Below are positions 52,201 to 63,426 of a DNA stretch of 64,000 nucleotides, in pieces (positions within the stretch are counted from its first letter, which is position 1; each line of letters starts with the position of its first letter). The translations under genes and the position numbers were made by a program. The notes under the pieces are model-generated. The model saw only the letters and a list, made by a program, of their open reading frames with translations, searched no databases and was not told the DNA's origin. Source of the stretch: Zootoca vivipara (Eukaryota); the NCBI RefSeq assembly GCF_963506605.1, contig NC_083277.1:44578001-44642000 (forward strand), written 5' to 3'.

Positions 52201-52987
52201 GGTGTGGGTGTGGGTGTGGGTGTGTGTAACCCCACTCATTACTGAATCCAACTTCCCAGTTGACCCATGAGATGCATTCCTGAATGCAAACCACACTGAA
52301 ATTCATAGCAATTGTTTAGGAACAGTGCCTCTCTGGAGAATTGTGTATTATGTCTGAAATGCCACATGCAAAAATCCTATTAAAATAGTCTTTAATTAAA
52401 GTAGGATTGTACCCTATATTTGTGTTTTCCATAATTAAAGATCTCTCAGTATTTCAACCAAAACACAGTTTGTTCCCACCACCCAGTACAGCTAAAAATC
52501 TGGCTGATCCAGGCTTCAGTATTTTTTAAATTTTGGATTGCATTCAACATAACGCTGAACATTGTGTCAGCACAAGAACTTTTCATTGCACATTCACCCC
52601 CTGCACACACCCTAAATCTTTCTGGGGGGAGTTTTCCCCAACCCTCCTGAGACGATTTGTGGATGGCGCACATAGGAGGGAGGAGATGGGGGCAAGTCCC
52701 ATTGCGCAAGTAGAAGCTGTTTCACTCGTACCATCTGAAACCATACAGGACCCCGCTTAGCTCTTGTTTAGTTGCCTGACACCCCTTATTGGAAACCATT
52801 GGGCAAGGGCTGGAGCTCAGCAGTACAGCACATGATTTATCCTGGGTTCAGAACTGGGCGTCTTCAAATAGGGCTGGGAAAGGCTCCGGCCTGAAATCCT
52901 GGAGAGCCACTGCTGTTCAGTGCAGACAGTTCGGGGAGCTAGATGGTCAGCCTCACCATAAGGCAGCTTCCTATTTTCCTCCATCAG

Positions 52988-53202
52988 TAGGGTTGCCAGA
53001 CTCAATAGAGGACAGGACTTCTGTGCCTTTAATTGCCCTGCTCTCTTTTGAGTCTGGAAACCTTAAAGAGAAACCAGCAGACCCTTTGTTTAATTTCCAA
53101 GCAAAGGGTCTGCTGGTTTCTCTTTAAGGTTTCCAGACTCAAAAGAGAGCAGGGCAATTAAAGGCACAGAAGTCCTGTCCTCTATTGAGTCTGGCAACCC
53201 TA
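52988..53202. mobile_element. Fold-back hAT MITE with perfect 101-bp arms
   Basis: 52988-53088 is the exact reverse complement of 53102-53202, with a 13-nt spacer. TAGGGTTGCC termini. Exact TSD TCCATCAG at 52980-52987 and 53203-53210. Confidence 0.95.
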
Positions 53203-53914
53203 TCCATCAGATCCTTTGGAATCAACTGATGCTTTGAACACATTTAAAAGCAGGTTCTGTGCTTATTTGGCCATCATTTCCATGTTAGATTTTTCCTCGA
53301 GCTGTCTCCTGCCAAATCTTTCTTAAGAAGCAGTCACTGGGAGACTTAAGGGCTGCAATAAAACAAGGAAGCAGGGGTGGTAATTATACTTTGCTTCCAT
53401 GCCAGACCCTTGACTTAAATCGCCATCCTAAAGCTACTGTTAGCTATACAGGAGACAACTTACAGTCTCCTTTTTGGTGCTTTCCCCTCCATAGCTAACA
53501 CCAGTCTTGAAGGGGGCAGTTTGGACTGGACCTTCAGTGTGGGCACAGAGCATTAGACTCCTCTGCTTGCTGTGGCCCCAACCCAAATCAGCCCTTACCT
53601 CCTCCAGGGGCTGCTTTTTAAGAGACAAAAATGCAGAGAGCTCCTCCGGTCACAGAACACCCAAGCTATGTCTAGTTTGGGCCTCTTCCAGCACGTATAA
53701 GAGCAGTGGGGAACCTCCAGTCCACAGGCCTAATTTGGCCCACCAGTCCTCCCCCTTTGGTTGGCATAGTGGTTTTGAGTGGGAAGGTAACATCTACCTC
53801 TCCATCACATGATGTATGAGTCACCGGACTGGTGAAGCCATGGCCTAAAAATTCCACAGTAGAAACTGAGAGTGTGCTCTAAGTGCACTCCCAATTCTTC
53901 CTTTTCAGCCAGTG

Positions 53915-54295
53915 GAGGTATGTGGGTGGTGCTGTGGTCTAAACCACTGAGCCTCTTGGGCTTGCTGATCAGAAGGTCGGCGGTTTGAATCCCTACAATG
54001 GAGTGAGCTCCCATTGCTCTGTCCTAGCTCCTGCCAACATAGCAAATCGAAAGCAAAACAGTGCAAGTAGATAAATAGGTAGCGCTGCAGCAGGACGGTA
54101 AACAGCGTTTCTGTGCTCTCTGGTTTCCGTCACAGTGTTCCATTGCACCAGAAGCAGTTTAGTCATGCTGGCCACATGACCTGGAAAGCTGTATGTGGAA
54201 AAATGTCGGCTCCGTCGGCCAGAAAGTGAAATGAGCACCGCAACCCCATAGTCACCTTTGACTGAACTTAACTGTCCAGGGGTCCTTTACCTTTC
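53915..54295 (+). mobile_element. Sauria-type SINE, full length
   Basis: A-box/B-box head (GGTGGTGCTGTGG...GGTTTGAATCC) and a CCTTTACCTTT tail. 9-bp TSD CAGCCAGTG at 53906-53914 and 54296-54304. Confidence 0.88.
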
Positions 54296-54462
54296 CAGCC
54301 AGTGCTTTCTTTGTGCATTTTTTCCCTCTGTTGCTGTGCCCCCAGTTCCCCCCTTGAAACCACACCAGTCCTGCAAAGCAATAACACGGAGCACATTTAG
54401 AGCATGCTCCTAATTCTTCCTTTGCAGCTTTATATTTGAATCACCTGTTGCCCTATCTTCAT

Positions 54463-54818
54463 TTTGTTGTTGTTGTTTAGTCGTTTAGTCGTGTCCGACT
54501 CTTCGTGACCCCATGGACCATAGCACACCAGGCACTCCTGTCTTGCACTGCCTCCCGCAGTTTGGTCAAACTCATGTTCGTAGCTTCAAGAACACTGTCC
54601 AACCATCTTGTCCTCTGTCGTCCCCTTCTCCTAGTGCCCTCAATCTTTCCCAACATCAGGGTCTTTTCCAAGGATTCTCTTCTCATGAGGTGGCCAAAGT
54701 ATTGGAGCCTCAGCTTCACGATCTGTCCTTCCAGGGAGCACTCAGGGCTGATTTCCTTAAGAATGGATAGGTTTGATCTTCTAGCAGTCCATGGGACTCT
54801 CAAGAGTCTCCTCCAGCA
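54463..54818 (-). mobile_element. Bov-B LINE 3' fragment
   Basis: RVPWTARRSNLSILKEISPECSLEGQIVKLRLQYFGHLMRR.SLEKTLMLGKIEG... 11-bp TSD CCTATCTTCAT at 54452-54462 and 54819-54829. Confidence 0.95.
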
Positions 54819-56329
54819 CCTATCTTCATAGTCATCATCTGTTTATTAGTCTGTCACTTTCCCACAGAATTCTGCCCATAGTTGCTGATAATATATCAAA
54901 TGAGCAATAAGTACAATGGCTCCAAACAATTCGAAATAACTGCAATATGAGCAAGACAGTCCTGCCCACCTATCAAAATGGCTCATGGAGGATGAGTTGG
55001 TTTTTTGTCTGTTAACACCAACGGGATCCTGTTTACCACTCCTGGTATAACAGAATGCAGAAACCAGAAGAAAACCACTTGATATCATTTCTCACATTAA
55101 TATAACCCACTTTCCTCTGAGGAGCTCAGGATGAAATAATAGGGTGTTCCCCACTTTTTCCTGACCAGTTCTGTAAGGTTAGATTGAGCATGTGTGACAT
55201 CTAGCCTGAATGCACCGAAGAGGTCTCTGGGATCTAAGTCCCAAATCCTATTCACTACACTATATTGGTTCTTTGTTTTCAGAGGCAGATATAATTTTAT
55301 GAGAATCAATAAATATACTTATTTAAAAAAGTAAAAGAAACCAATTGTTCAAAGTATAACTTAGTATACATTTTAAAATTAATTCTGACAGCACTGTGAC
55401 CAGTCAAATACCATATAAATATATGGCATATACCTGACAAGAATTTGTCCGTTTAAACAATAGATAGAGTAGATAGACAGATCAAAGTATTAAAGGCAAC
55501 TTATATATTCAATGTCCTGTTTTACCTTATTAAACAAGTACCAGCTAGTTAGCTGTCACAACAATATTAAAAGGAGGAGTTTTGATGCAGAAAGAACAGC
55601 TTCTGTAGCCTCAAGTTATTTTGGTAAGACTTTAGGGATTTGTACAATGACTGACAATGAAAGAGCATCAGCCAGGATACTCCCCAAGTTCCTTTTTCCT
55701 TGCAAAGCAGGATGTTCATTAACAATGAAGAATGGCTGTTATTAGGCAAGCTTGATGACAGTTCCCAAATGTCACTGTCAGAGCAACAGAAGCAGAAGGG
55801 CTTTCCCCCAATAACATTACAAATGCTCATTAAGGCTGTTTGCATGCAGCTTCAAGTTAGACCTGAATCAGCCTGCTCCAAGTCTCAGATACAAAATCCA
55901 TAAACATGTTCACAAAACTCCCAAGTCTCACAACCATGTGCACTGCTCCCCTAACTGTTTCTTTCCACTGCCATTTTAATGCACTGTGCATATGTGCTTA
56001 GATATCAAAGTAGTCACTGAACGAAAAGGGAAACAGGAGTGAACTTGAGGCTGTGTGGAACCCTTGTGTGGTAACCTCTCTCAATAAAGATGGGACTGAG
56101 GTAATGTGAGTGTTCTAAAATTTAGACATTCCCTGTCAGTAACCCTTGAGAGGCCTGATATTATCTGTATGTGGCAGTGTTTTCTTGTAACTAGCATCAA
56201 TGAATTTTAATAATGTGAAGGGAAAACTTGTGACCACTCCTCTCTCAGCCAGAGAATAAAAGCAATGATGAGGTGCTTTGTAAACAAATCTGGAATTTTA
56301 TTTAAACACACTCATTGAAGGTTATAGCA

Positions 56330-56465
56330 CAGGCATCCCCAAACTGCGGCCCTCCAGATGTTTTGGCCTACAACTCCCATGATCCCTAGCTAACAGGACC
56401 AGTGGTTGGGGAAGATGGGGACTGTAGTCCAAAACATCTGGAGGGCCGAAGTTTGGGGGTGCCTG
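56330..56465. mobile_element. hAT/Charlie-like palindromic MITE, related to 31903-32037
   Basis: TIRs CAGGCA(T/C)CCCCAAACT. TSD TTATAGCA/TTATAGCT. Confidence 0.88.
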
Positions 56466-56775
56466 TTATAGCTCTATGGTTACTCTGATAATGCATAATA
56501 CTTGGTTTCAGTCAAAAACTCTGTATTTGTTGTTCAGCACCTAACACAGCCTTTTCCAGTCCTCTGCCCTCCTATCATCCCGAAATATTGACCATGCTGG
56601 CTGAGGCTGACAGGAGTCGGAGCCCAAAACTGGCTGAAGAAGGCTGATTTACCTTGTGAGTTTCCATGTTGTGCAGATCTCTTCTTCAATCCACATAGCC
56701 GGGGGGGGGGGGGGATAAGCGTTTAAGACCACCTTGTTACAAATTTACAAAATACTGTACCATGCCTACCTAGAG

Positions 56776-57014
56776 CAGGGGTGGCCAACTCTGAAGAGAC
56801 TGCGATCTACTCACAGTTAAAAACTGGCCAAAGTTGTTGAGCTTTTCTGAGGTGGGAGGAAAGCCCTCTTTTTGGGAGGTGAAGGGCTAAAATGTTGAGC
56901 ATTTTTTAGGGGAGCCAAAGTTGTTGAGCTTCTTTGGGGGGGGGGAGCCAGTGATCTACCACAGGCATCCAGTGGTCTACCAGTAGATCACGATCTACCT
57001 GTTGGAAGTGCCTG
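56776..57014. mobile_element. hAT/Charlie-like MITE
   Basis: CAGGGGTGGCCAAC...GTTGGAAGTGCCTG. Exact TSD ACCTAGAG at 56768-56775 and 57015-57022. GATCTAC subterminal repeats. Confidence 0.85.
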
Positions 57015-59269
57015 ACCTAGAGTAACAGCAACAGTGCACTCCCTTTCCAAGAGCACAATCAAGGGATTATGTTAATGAAAATTTTGCCTCTGTTCTTAAC
57101 TTCCACAATACTTCCCCCCCACCCACCCCAGCATGAAAGAGCTCTTCTATTTAACACACATAACATATGCAAATACACTGCTAAGTATTAACGTCTTTAA
57201 CTAAGGTAAATGCATTAGCAATAACATGCTGACAGTGTTACAATTAACGACCCAGTGCATTAGCATGTGATATTAACATAATGATATTAATTGCAATATT
57301 AGGCCTGCTGAAGAACAATCAGTTCAGTGCCCCTGAAAATCCTGAAGCAGCAACTTTATTCATAACATTAAGGGTGCAGTGACAGCTATGCTCTTCAAGT
57401 AACTAAAAACTTTCCAGTTATTGGAGAGGTTCAAGGGTGAGCTACTGTTTGCATCACTATGAAAGGTTTTTGTGTCCTATCCTCAACTGTTTTCATGTTA
57501 TGTGTAACCTGAAAAGAGTTGCTATAAAATTTGCCTAGTTGACCTACACAAAAATTGTAAAGTCAAGTTTTCCTTGGCGCCTACTTACCATTTTCAACCT
57601 GCAGCTTATATACTCCAAACTGTACCTAAATATGGAAAGACAAAGGATTGAATCTTGCTGGCGACTTCAGCAATATCTTATTTCATTTCTGTTTGTTCTG
57701 ATATCTGTAATTCAAATAGATAGGAGAGGTTAGCGGTTTGAGCAGGCCCAGCCCTACCATTAGGCAGAATGAGGTTGTGTACACACCATAAATTTAAAGC
57801 ACCCCTGAGACTCCTGGGAACTGTAGTTTACACACCACATAACTATAATTCCCAGCACACTTAAACTACAGTTCCCATGAGCTGGTTCAAGGGCCGCCAC
57901 CAAACACTATATCAACACATTCCCCTTTTCCTGATAGATACATGTACAGTACATATCTTTCTTGTTTGTCCATTAGGAATTATAGGGTTATAAATCTCAC
58001 AAATGCCCTCAGGCTCAGATATCAAGATTGGGAGGAAAACTCCACTGTTTGTGTGAATGATCCTGTCTGAGGGTGGGAAAATTAAAAAGCTCCAAACTTC
58101 TTTGAGCCTGTAACTAAGCATAACACGCATTACTATTTGATTGATGGCAATTGATAAATACTGAAGGAGAACTTTGGAAAACATTTTGCATGCAATAAAG
58201 GGCAGCTTCAAATATAGTGTTGCACACCACCACAATCTCTGAATGGTGCAAAATTCCAGGGGTTCCAGGTCTTTCCCAGGTTTTGTGTTTCCTTTTGGAA
58301 ATGAGGCACAGTGGAGACTGCAGTGTCCTTATATTGTTTATTTATGCATATATACAACCTGAGCCTGCAATGGAGGGGTTCATGGCATTAACACTCCAAA
58401 AGGGTATTGTTTCTTTCATAGCCACAGCCTTGCATTCAAACAGAAATAAAACAATGCTCTGATTCTGCCTCCAGCTTGCTGCTTTTCTTCTAGTTCACAT
58501 CACTGCATCTCAGTTCTTAACCCTTGCTTTTCCTTCCAACTAACTGAGAGCTGGCCCATCACCCAGGCTATCACCTCAACACAGGAACCTAGCCTGGCTT
58601 ATTTACTTTTTTAACACTTGCTGGAACCAGGGGTTCGAAGGGTCTCACAAAGAGCCTACTTTTGCTGCTCCCCTCCCCCCAGCTCATAACAAGATATACT
58701 TACCAATCATAAGCTTGTGGGGGATTTTATGCATGGACTAGGGACATGTCCAAAGTATGTTAAAGGTGTTAAAAGGTGACCAAAGAAAGAACACATTTTT
58801 TTGCCCACGTTTGTATGCTTAGTAGAGAAAAAGCACACACATGTTGAAAAGTGATGGTTTTGTGCCATGGCAAATTCACAGCAGAAGCTGTTTGCTTGTC
58901 AAGGCCTTCACTAGTATACTGAGGTTCTTTTCCGAGAGTAAATAAATTCTGAGCCAATTTATAGGCAGCTATGTTGTCAGGGGTACCATCTGCAGAGAGA
59001 GTGAAGAGAGAGTTTAGGGAATGAAACGGAAAGGTCTATAATCTCTGTTCTGTCCCCTTTCATTCTGACTTTTCATTTGACATGGGGAACCCAGGTGGAA
59101 AGATTCACTCAGCATGTCAGGGAGGGAAAAACCATAATTGATTATTCTTATTAAGGAAACTGCTTTCCCAAATGCATTTAGATTGCACAGGTTCATTCTT
59201 AAAATGAATTATGCACTCCACAGCCCTAGGAAAAATAAAAAGTTCTGTGCAAGACATATTTCTCTGCTG

Positions 59270-59532
59270 CAGTAATTATGATGAGTGTAGTGCTAGATTA
59301 ATTAGAAAATGAATGATGAGGGGAGAATTATGATCAAAGAAATCCGGATCTAAGGATTTGCTTTAAATGTTGTGTAATCCATGGAATATCATGCCTTGTA
59401 TTTCTTGAAACATCAAACGAGAAGGGGTTTCATAGTCATCTAGAGAAAAGAATGACTGGAGACTGACAGGTAGCACAACGCAAAAAAAAAGCTCAAATAG
59501 TATTTTATTTCAGCTTGGTGTCCTAACAACAA
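59270..59532 (+). promoter_or_regulatory. Candidate proximal promoter/5' UTR of the opsin, with CRX/OTX-type and paired-like homeodomain motifs
   Basis: AGATTAATTAG at 59295-59305, AAATCC at 59340, GGATTT at 59354 and TAATCC at 59375-59380, all in TE-free sequence just upstream of the ATG. The transcription start cannot be determined. Confidence 0.45.
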
Positions 59533-59860
59533 ATGGATTCTCTGGACACCAATCCCTTGTCAGTGAATGTCAGCACAGGAAGAATGGTCTTGATGCCTCG
59601 TATTGGTTACACTATAATTGCAATTATCATGGCAATATCTTGCACTTTATCAGTAATTCTGAATATAACCGTTATTGCAGTAACTATTAAGTACAGACAG
59701 CTTCGTCAGCCAATTAACTATTCCCTGGTCAATTTAGCCATAGCAGACCTTGGAGCAGCCTTGTTGGGAGGAACTCTGAATGTAGAAACAAATGCTGTTG
59801 GGTATTACAACCTGGGTAGAGTTGGCTGTGTCACCGAAGGTTTTTCTATGGCATTTTTTG
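59533..59860 (+). CDS. OPNPP: Parapinopsin (pineal/parietal-eye ciliary opsin), coding exon 1 (N-terminus to mid-TM3)
   Basis: MDSLDTNPLSVNVSTGRMVLMPRIGYTIIAIIM...LRQPINYSLVNLAIADLGAALLGG...GYYNLGRVGCVTEGFSMAFFG. The ciliary opsin TM1-TM3 motifs align without gaps to bovine rhodopsin 68-121 (D83, C110, E113). The donor G|GTGAGT at 59860/59861 is phase 1 at G121, the conserved first-intron position. The MPRIGY and LRQPINYSLVNLA motifs are parapinopsin-like, and E113 argues against parietopsin (Q113). Confidence 0.92.
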
Positions 59861-60384
59861 GTGAGTACTTGTCTGAAACTGATTTGTTGTATCATAAGTT
59901 AGAAAGCAGCCAGGCACTAAAATGTGTAAAGTTCACAAGCAACTAAATTGTCTTTGTATGGTAGGAAGAGCAACAGATTTCTGTAAGACTCCTAGCTGTG
60001 CTAGTATTTCAACAATGCTGGTCTCTTCTTTATTTTTCTCCATATTGCAGAAAATATGCTTACACTTTTAATATGTGTGTGTTTTAATATCATGCATATT
60101 TTTATCACAATCTTTTTACAGGTAGAGTTATTGCTTAAAAATAAAATTACACCTCTCTTAGCTTTGCATACGTGCAAAATGGGGTGGGGGGGAATTGAGC
60201 AAATTGGACCTTTGTCTCTGACTTTGCTATCAGTAATGCAGTTAGGTAATTTTAAATAGTCTGTGGTGGTAATGTCACTTCAAAATGTGCTGCATTTGGG
60301 AGCCCTGCTGCTGATTCTCCTGTGGGGGTGCCCTGAACCTCTGCCCCAAAATATTGCCTCTGTTTGCCAGTCAATCAGTTGGTA

Positions 60385-60662
60385 CAGTGGTACCTTGGTT
60401 TAAGTACACAATTGGTTCCGGAAGTCCGTACTTAACCTGAAGCGTACTTAACCTGAAGCGAACTTTCCCATTGAATGTAATGGAAAGTGGATTAATCCGT
60501 TCCAGACGGTCTGTGGAGTACTTAAACTGAAGCGTACTTAACCTGAAGCGAACTTTCCCATTGAAAGTAATGGAAAGTGGATTAATCCGTTCCAGACGGG
60601 TCCGCGGAGTACTTAAACTGAAAGTACTCAAACCGAGGCGTACTTAAACCAAGGTATGACTG
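60385..60662. mobile_element. pogo/Tigger-like MITE with an internal ~90-bp tandem duplication
   Basis: TA|CAGTGGTACCTTGGTTTAAGTAC...GTACTTAAACCAAGGTATGACTG|TA. Repeat units start at 60428 and 60518. Confidence 0.9.
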
Positions 60663-61199
60663 TATTTAACTCTAGGAAATGAGTGTCGCCATTGCTTCTC
60701 TGTGTGCACCACCTATCAAATAGAAACAACTTTTGTCCTTATGTACCATGTGTATGGCAATTATTTTCCAAACCATTTATTATGGAATAGTCTTGGTGTA
60801 TTAACAACCTAGAGCTAGGGCTGCAGAAAAGAGGAGGATTGTTGCTCCTTATCTTTCACTATGTCCAGCAGCAGCTGTAGGGCTGTGGATGTGATCACCT
60901 CTTCAAGCCACCTCTGCTTCAGGATTGCCTTGCCTGTAGGTTTGTTTCCTCCTCTGTCCTCACTTCTCCTTTAATCAAGCCCTGTCTTCCCTCCATCTTT
61001 TAAAAATAACACTTAGAAATTATGCAGCATTTTCCCTAAAAGACCTTCGCATACTGTCTTTCAGTACATTTTAAATGTGCTGAAGATATGACGATATATG
61101 ATGAATTAGTTAAGGAATAAACACTCATAAAGTTTTATTTTTTAAAATTAAAACAGACCTGTAAATCATGTCACATATTATTATATAGGAAGGGAGGGT

Positions 61200-61492
61200 G
61201 GGGGCGTAGCGCTCCGGGTGTCATCGCTGAGGGGGGTGACATTTGGTTCACTGCCTGCCCGCGACTCCCAAGCCTACCCTGAGCCATTGGGGGAGGGGGG
61301 GAGCTATGTCCCTTTGCCTTCATTTTGACAGCTAGGGGGAGGGTTGGGAATTGCGGGCAGGCGACACACCAAATGTCACCCCCAGGCGCCCCGCCCGCCC
61401 ACAACTCCCAAGCCTACCCCAAGCCATTGATGTGGGGTGGGGTGCCAAAAAAAATTCCGCACCGAGTACCACCTGACCTTGCTACGCCTTTG
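61200..61492. mobile_element. GC-rich TIR element (GGCGTAGC...GCTACGCC termini)
   Basis: Terminal inverted motif and an internal inverted pair GGGGTGACATTTGG / CCAAATGTCACCCC. No clear TSD. Confidence 0.6.
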
Positions 61493-63426
61493 TTATTATC
61501 CTCATGTTTCATGGGATGGGTTTTTTTGCTGAGGATAAGTAATAGAGACCCCTGAGTGAGTCCAGTGCTAAGATATGATCCAGGGACTTCCTGACTCATA
61601 CTACATGCTCTTAACAATGGCAAAACAAAGCAATGAAACATTCATAATCTAACTTAGGTTTTAATTGGCAAGACAACAGAATATGCTCAGGAAACATACA
61701 TGTTCACATTTTTATGTTAAATCTTTACTAATCAAGATACTGGCATGTTTTTAAAATGCTGCATTCCTTCTAAAACATTTTCCTGAGATGAAATGTCATC
61801 TACTACACTATCAAAAATTCTATGCCCTTTACCAAAGAACTCAGCTGAAATAATTGCCAACCTAGAAAGCACATATACTGTTAGTTGTTGCAATACCAAG
61901 GGCTATTGCAAAAAAAAAAAAAAATCAAAGAAAAATCAAGGGTTTGTCAACATATAAAAGAGTTTTTTCACAATAGAGAAGCATTTCTGGAGAACAGTTG
62001 TGACAGAAATTTGGCTCCAGGCAAGCATATCAAAAATAGCAGCTTCAGTCTGTTTCAGAAAAGAAATGGGTTTTTATAGTGATGCTCAAAATGTGTGTGT
62101 GTGTGTGGTTTTTTATATATATATATAAAAAGCTCCTGACATGTGAAAGCATGAGGTGTCACTCTCTTGGATGGAAGTGCAGTGACCCAAACATGGGGAG
62201 GGAGTTGTTCTAACAAAGCATTTCTAAAGAGCCTATTTCTTCAGTGAAGATTATGAAATGAAGTTAGCCTTGTAAACTCCCTCTGAAAACAGAGGCATGA
62301 TTCTCAAGCACTAGGGCTTCACAATGAGGGCCCACCAAGGAATCTAACTCCCTGTTCTTTCTTAACCTTCGTTCATGGATGCACTGTGTACCAGCAAACC
62401 CCCAGAGGGCTATTTATTTATTTATATGCCACCCATCTGCCTGGGTTACAAAGTGCAAATGCTGGCAACCCTTTTCTGTTAAGGGCCACATTCCCCTGGT
62501 AGGTGGAGCCAGGATCTTTGATGAGCACACCCAGAGACAAATGTGTCCTGGATTAACCTATAAAGATCACCATTCTCCAGTTTTCACAATGGCTCTCTCA
62601 TATTAGAATTCCCAATCCTATGCAGGTCTTTTCAGGTGTAAGCTCCTCCAAGTTTTCTGGTGGCATGGTCAGGTTGTTGTTTTTTAAGTTAAAGCACATG
62701 TAACACATGTAAAACCAATATAGCTGCTATTCACGAAAGCCAGTGAAGGAAATTCATTTCCTCTACACACAAAGAGAGAGAGAGAGACAGCAGGAATCTA
62801 TCAATTTGCTCTTTCCCGCCAAGCCATACAACCAGATTTACTTATTTATTAAAAACCAATTAAATAAAACATTTCCCCTTCCAGTTGTTCAGAAACTACT
62901 TGGAAACGAAGGGGGAGGAACAGTTTTAAAAACAAGGACAAAACTAGAGGAAAAAATAAGGGGCAAGCCAGGAGAAATGGAACGGGAAGGAACTCTAGTG
63001 GAATGGAAGAATGGGGCACCATTCAAGAGTAAAGTTAGGGGCTTCACGAGATTGCCCACGTACTGTAAAATCCAAGCCACTTCAACTGCCTTCCCAAGCC
63101 ACCAATGAGGTCCCATCCTGTTCCCAAGCCCTGTTGTATTACTATTTCAAAAAGCTAAGCAGCATATTGAAGCTTCAGCTGTCCACCATAAATAGCATAC
63201 GTAATATTATAACAACAAGAATATTTTTGTCCCATATAGTTCAGAAATGCTGCTACAATTGTTAATAGATCTTGGTGTACCCAAAATGCTTTGGGTGGTA
63301 CATACCAAGTTTCTCTTTTGCCCGCAAATGCAAACTGAGCAACCCTCACTTTCAAACCACTATTACGCATACATACAGAATGGGAGAGGAGGCGAGAACC
63401 TTAGAAGCCAAACTACTTATTTATAT

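Noticed and set aside
53915-53995. tRNA gene
   Set aside because: The A/B boxes belong to the SINE head, and there is no cloverleaf.
1-59500. CACNA2D3 or other host coding exons; the remaining short ORFs in the track
   Set aside because: No translation matched a protein I recognise. Short exons could have been missed by eye.
59533-59860. Parietopsin, pinopsin or visual opsin identity
   Set aside because: E113 (Q in parietopsin) and the MPRIGY / LRQPINYSLVNLAIADLG motifs fit parapinopsin better.
59861-59946. C-terminal extension of the opsin ORF (EYLSETDLL...)
   Set aside because: Read-through into intron 1 past the GTGAGT donor; opsin similarity ends at 59860.
60051-60121. Candidate opsin exon 2 (TTGCAG|...CAG|GTAGAG)
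   Set aside because: It does not encode the TM3 continuation or the (D/E)R motif, and the donor is weak.
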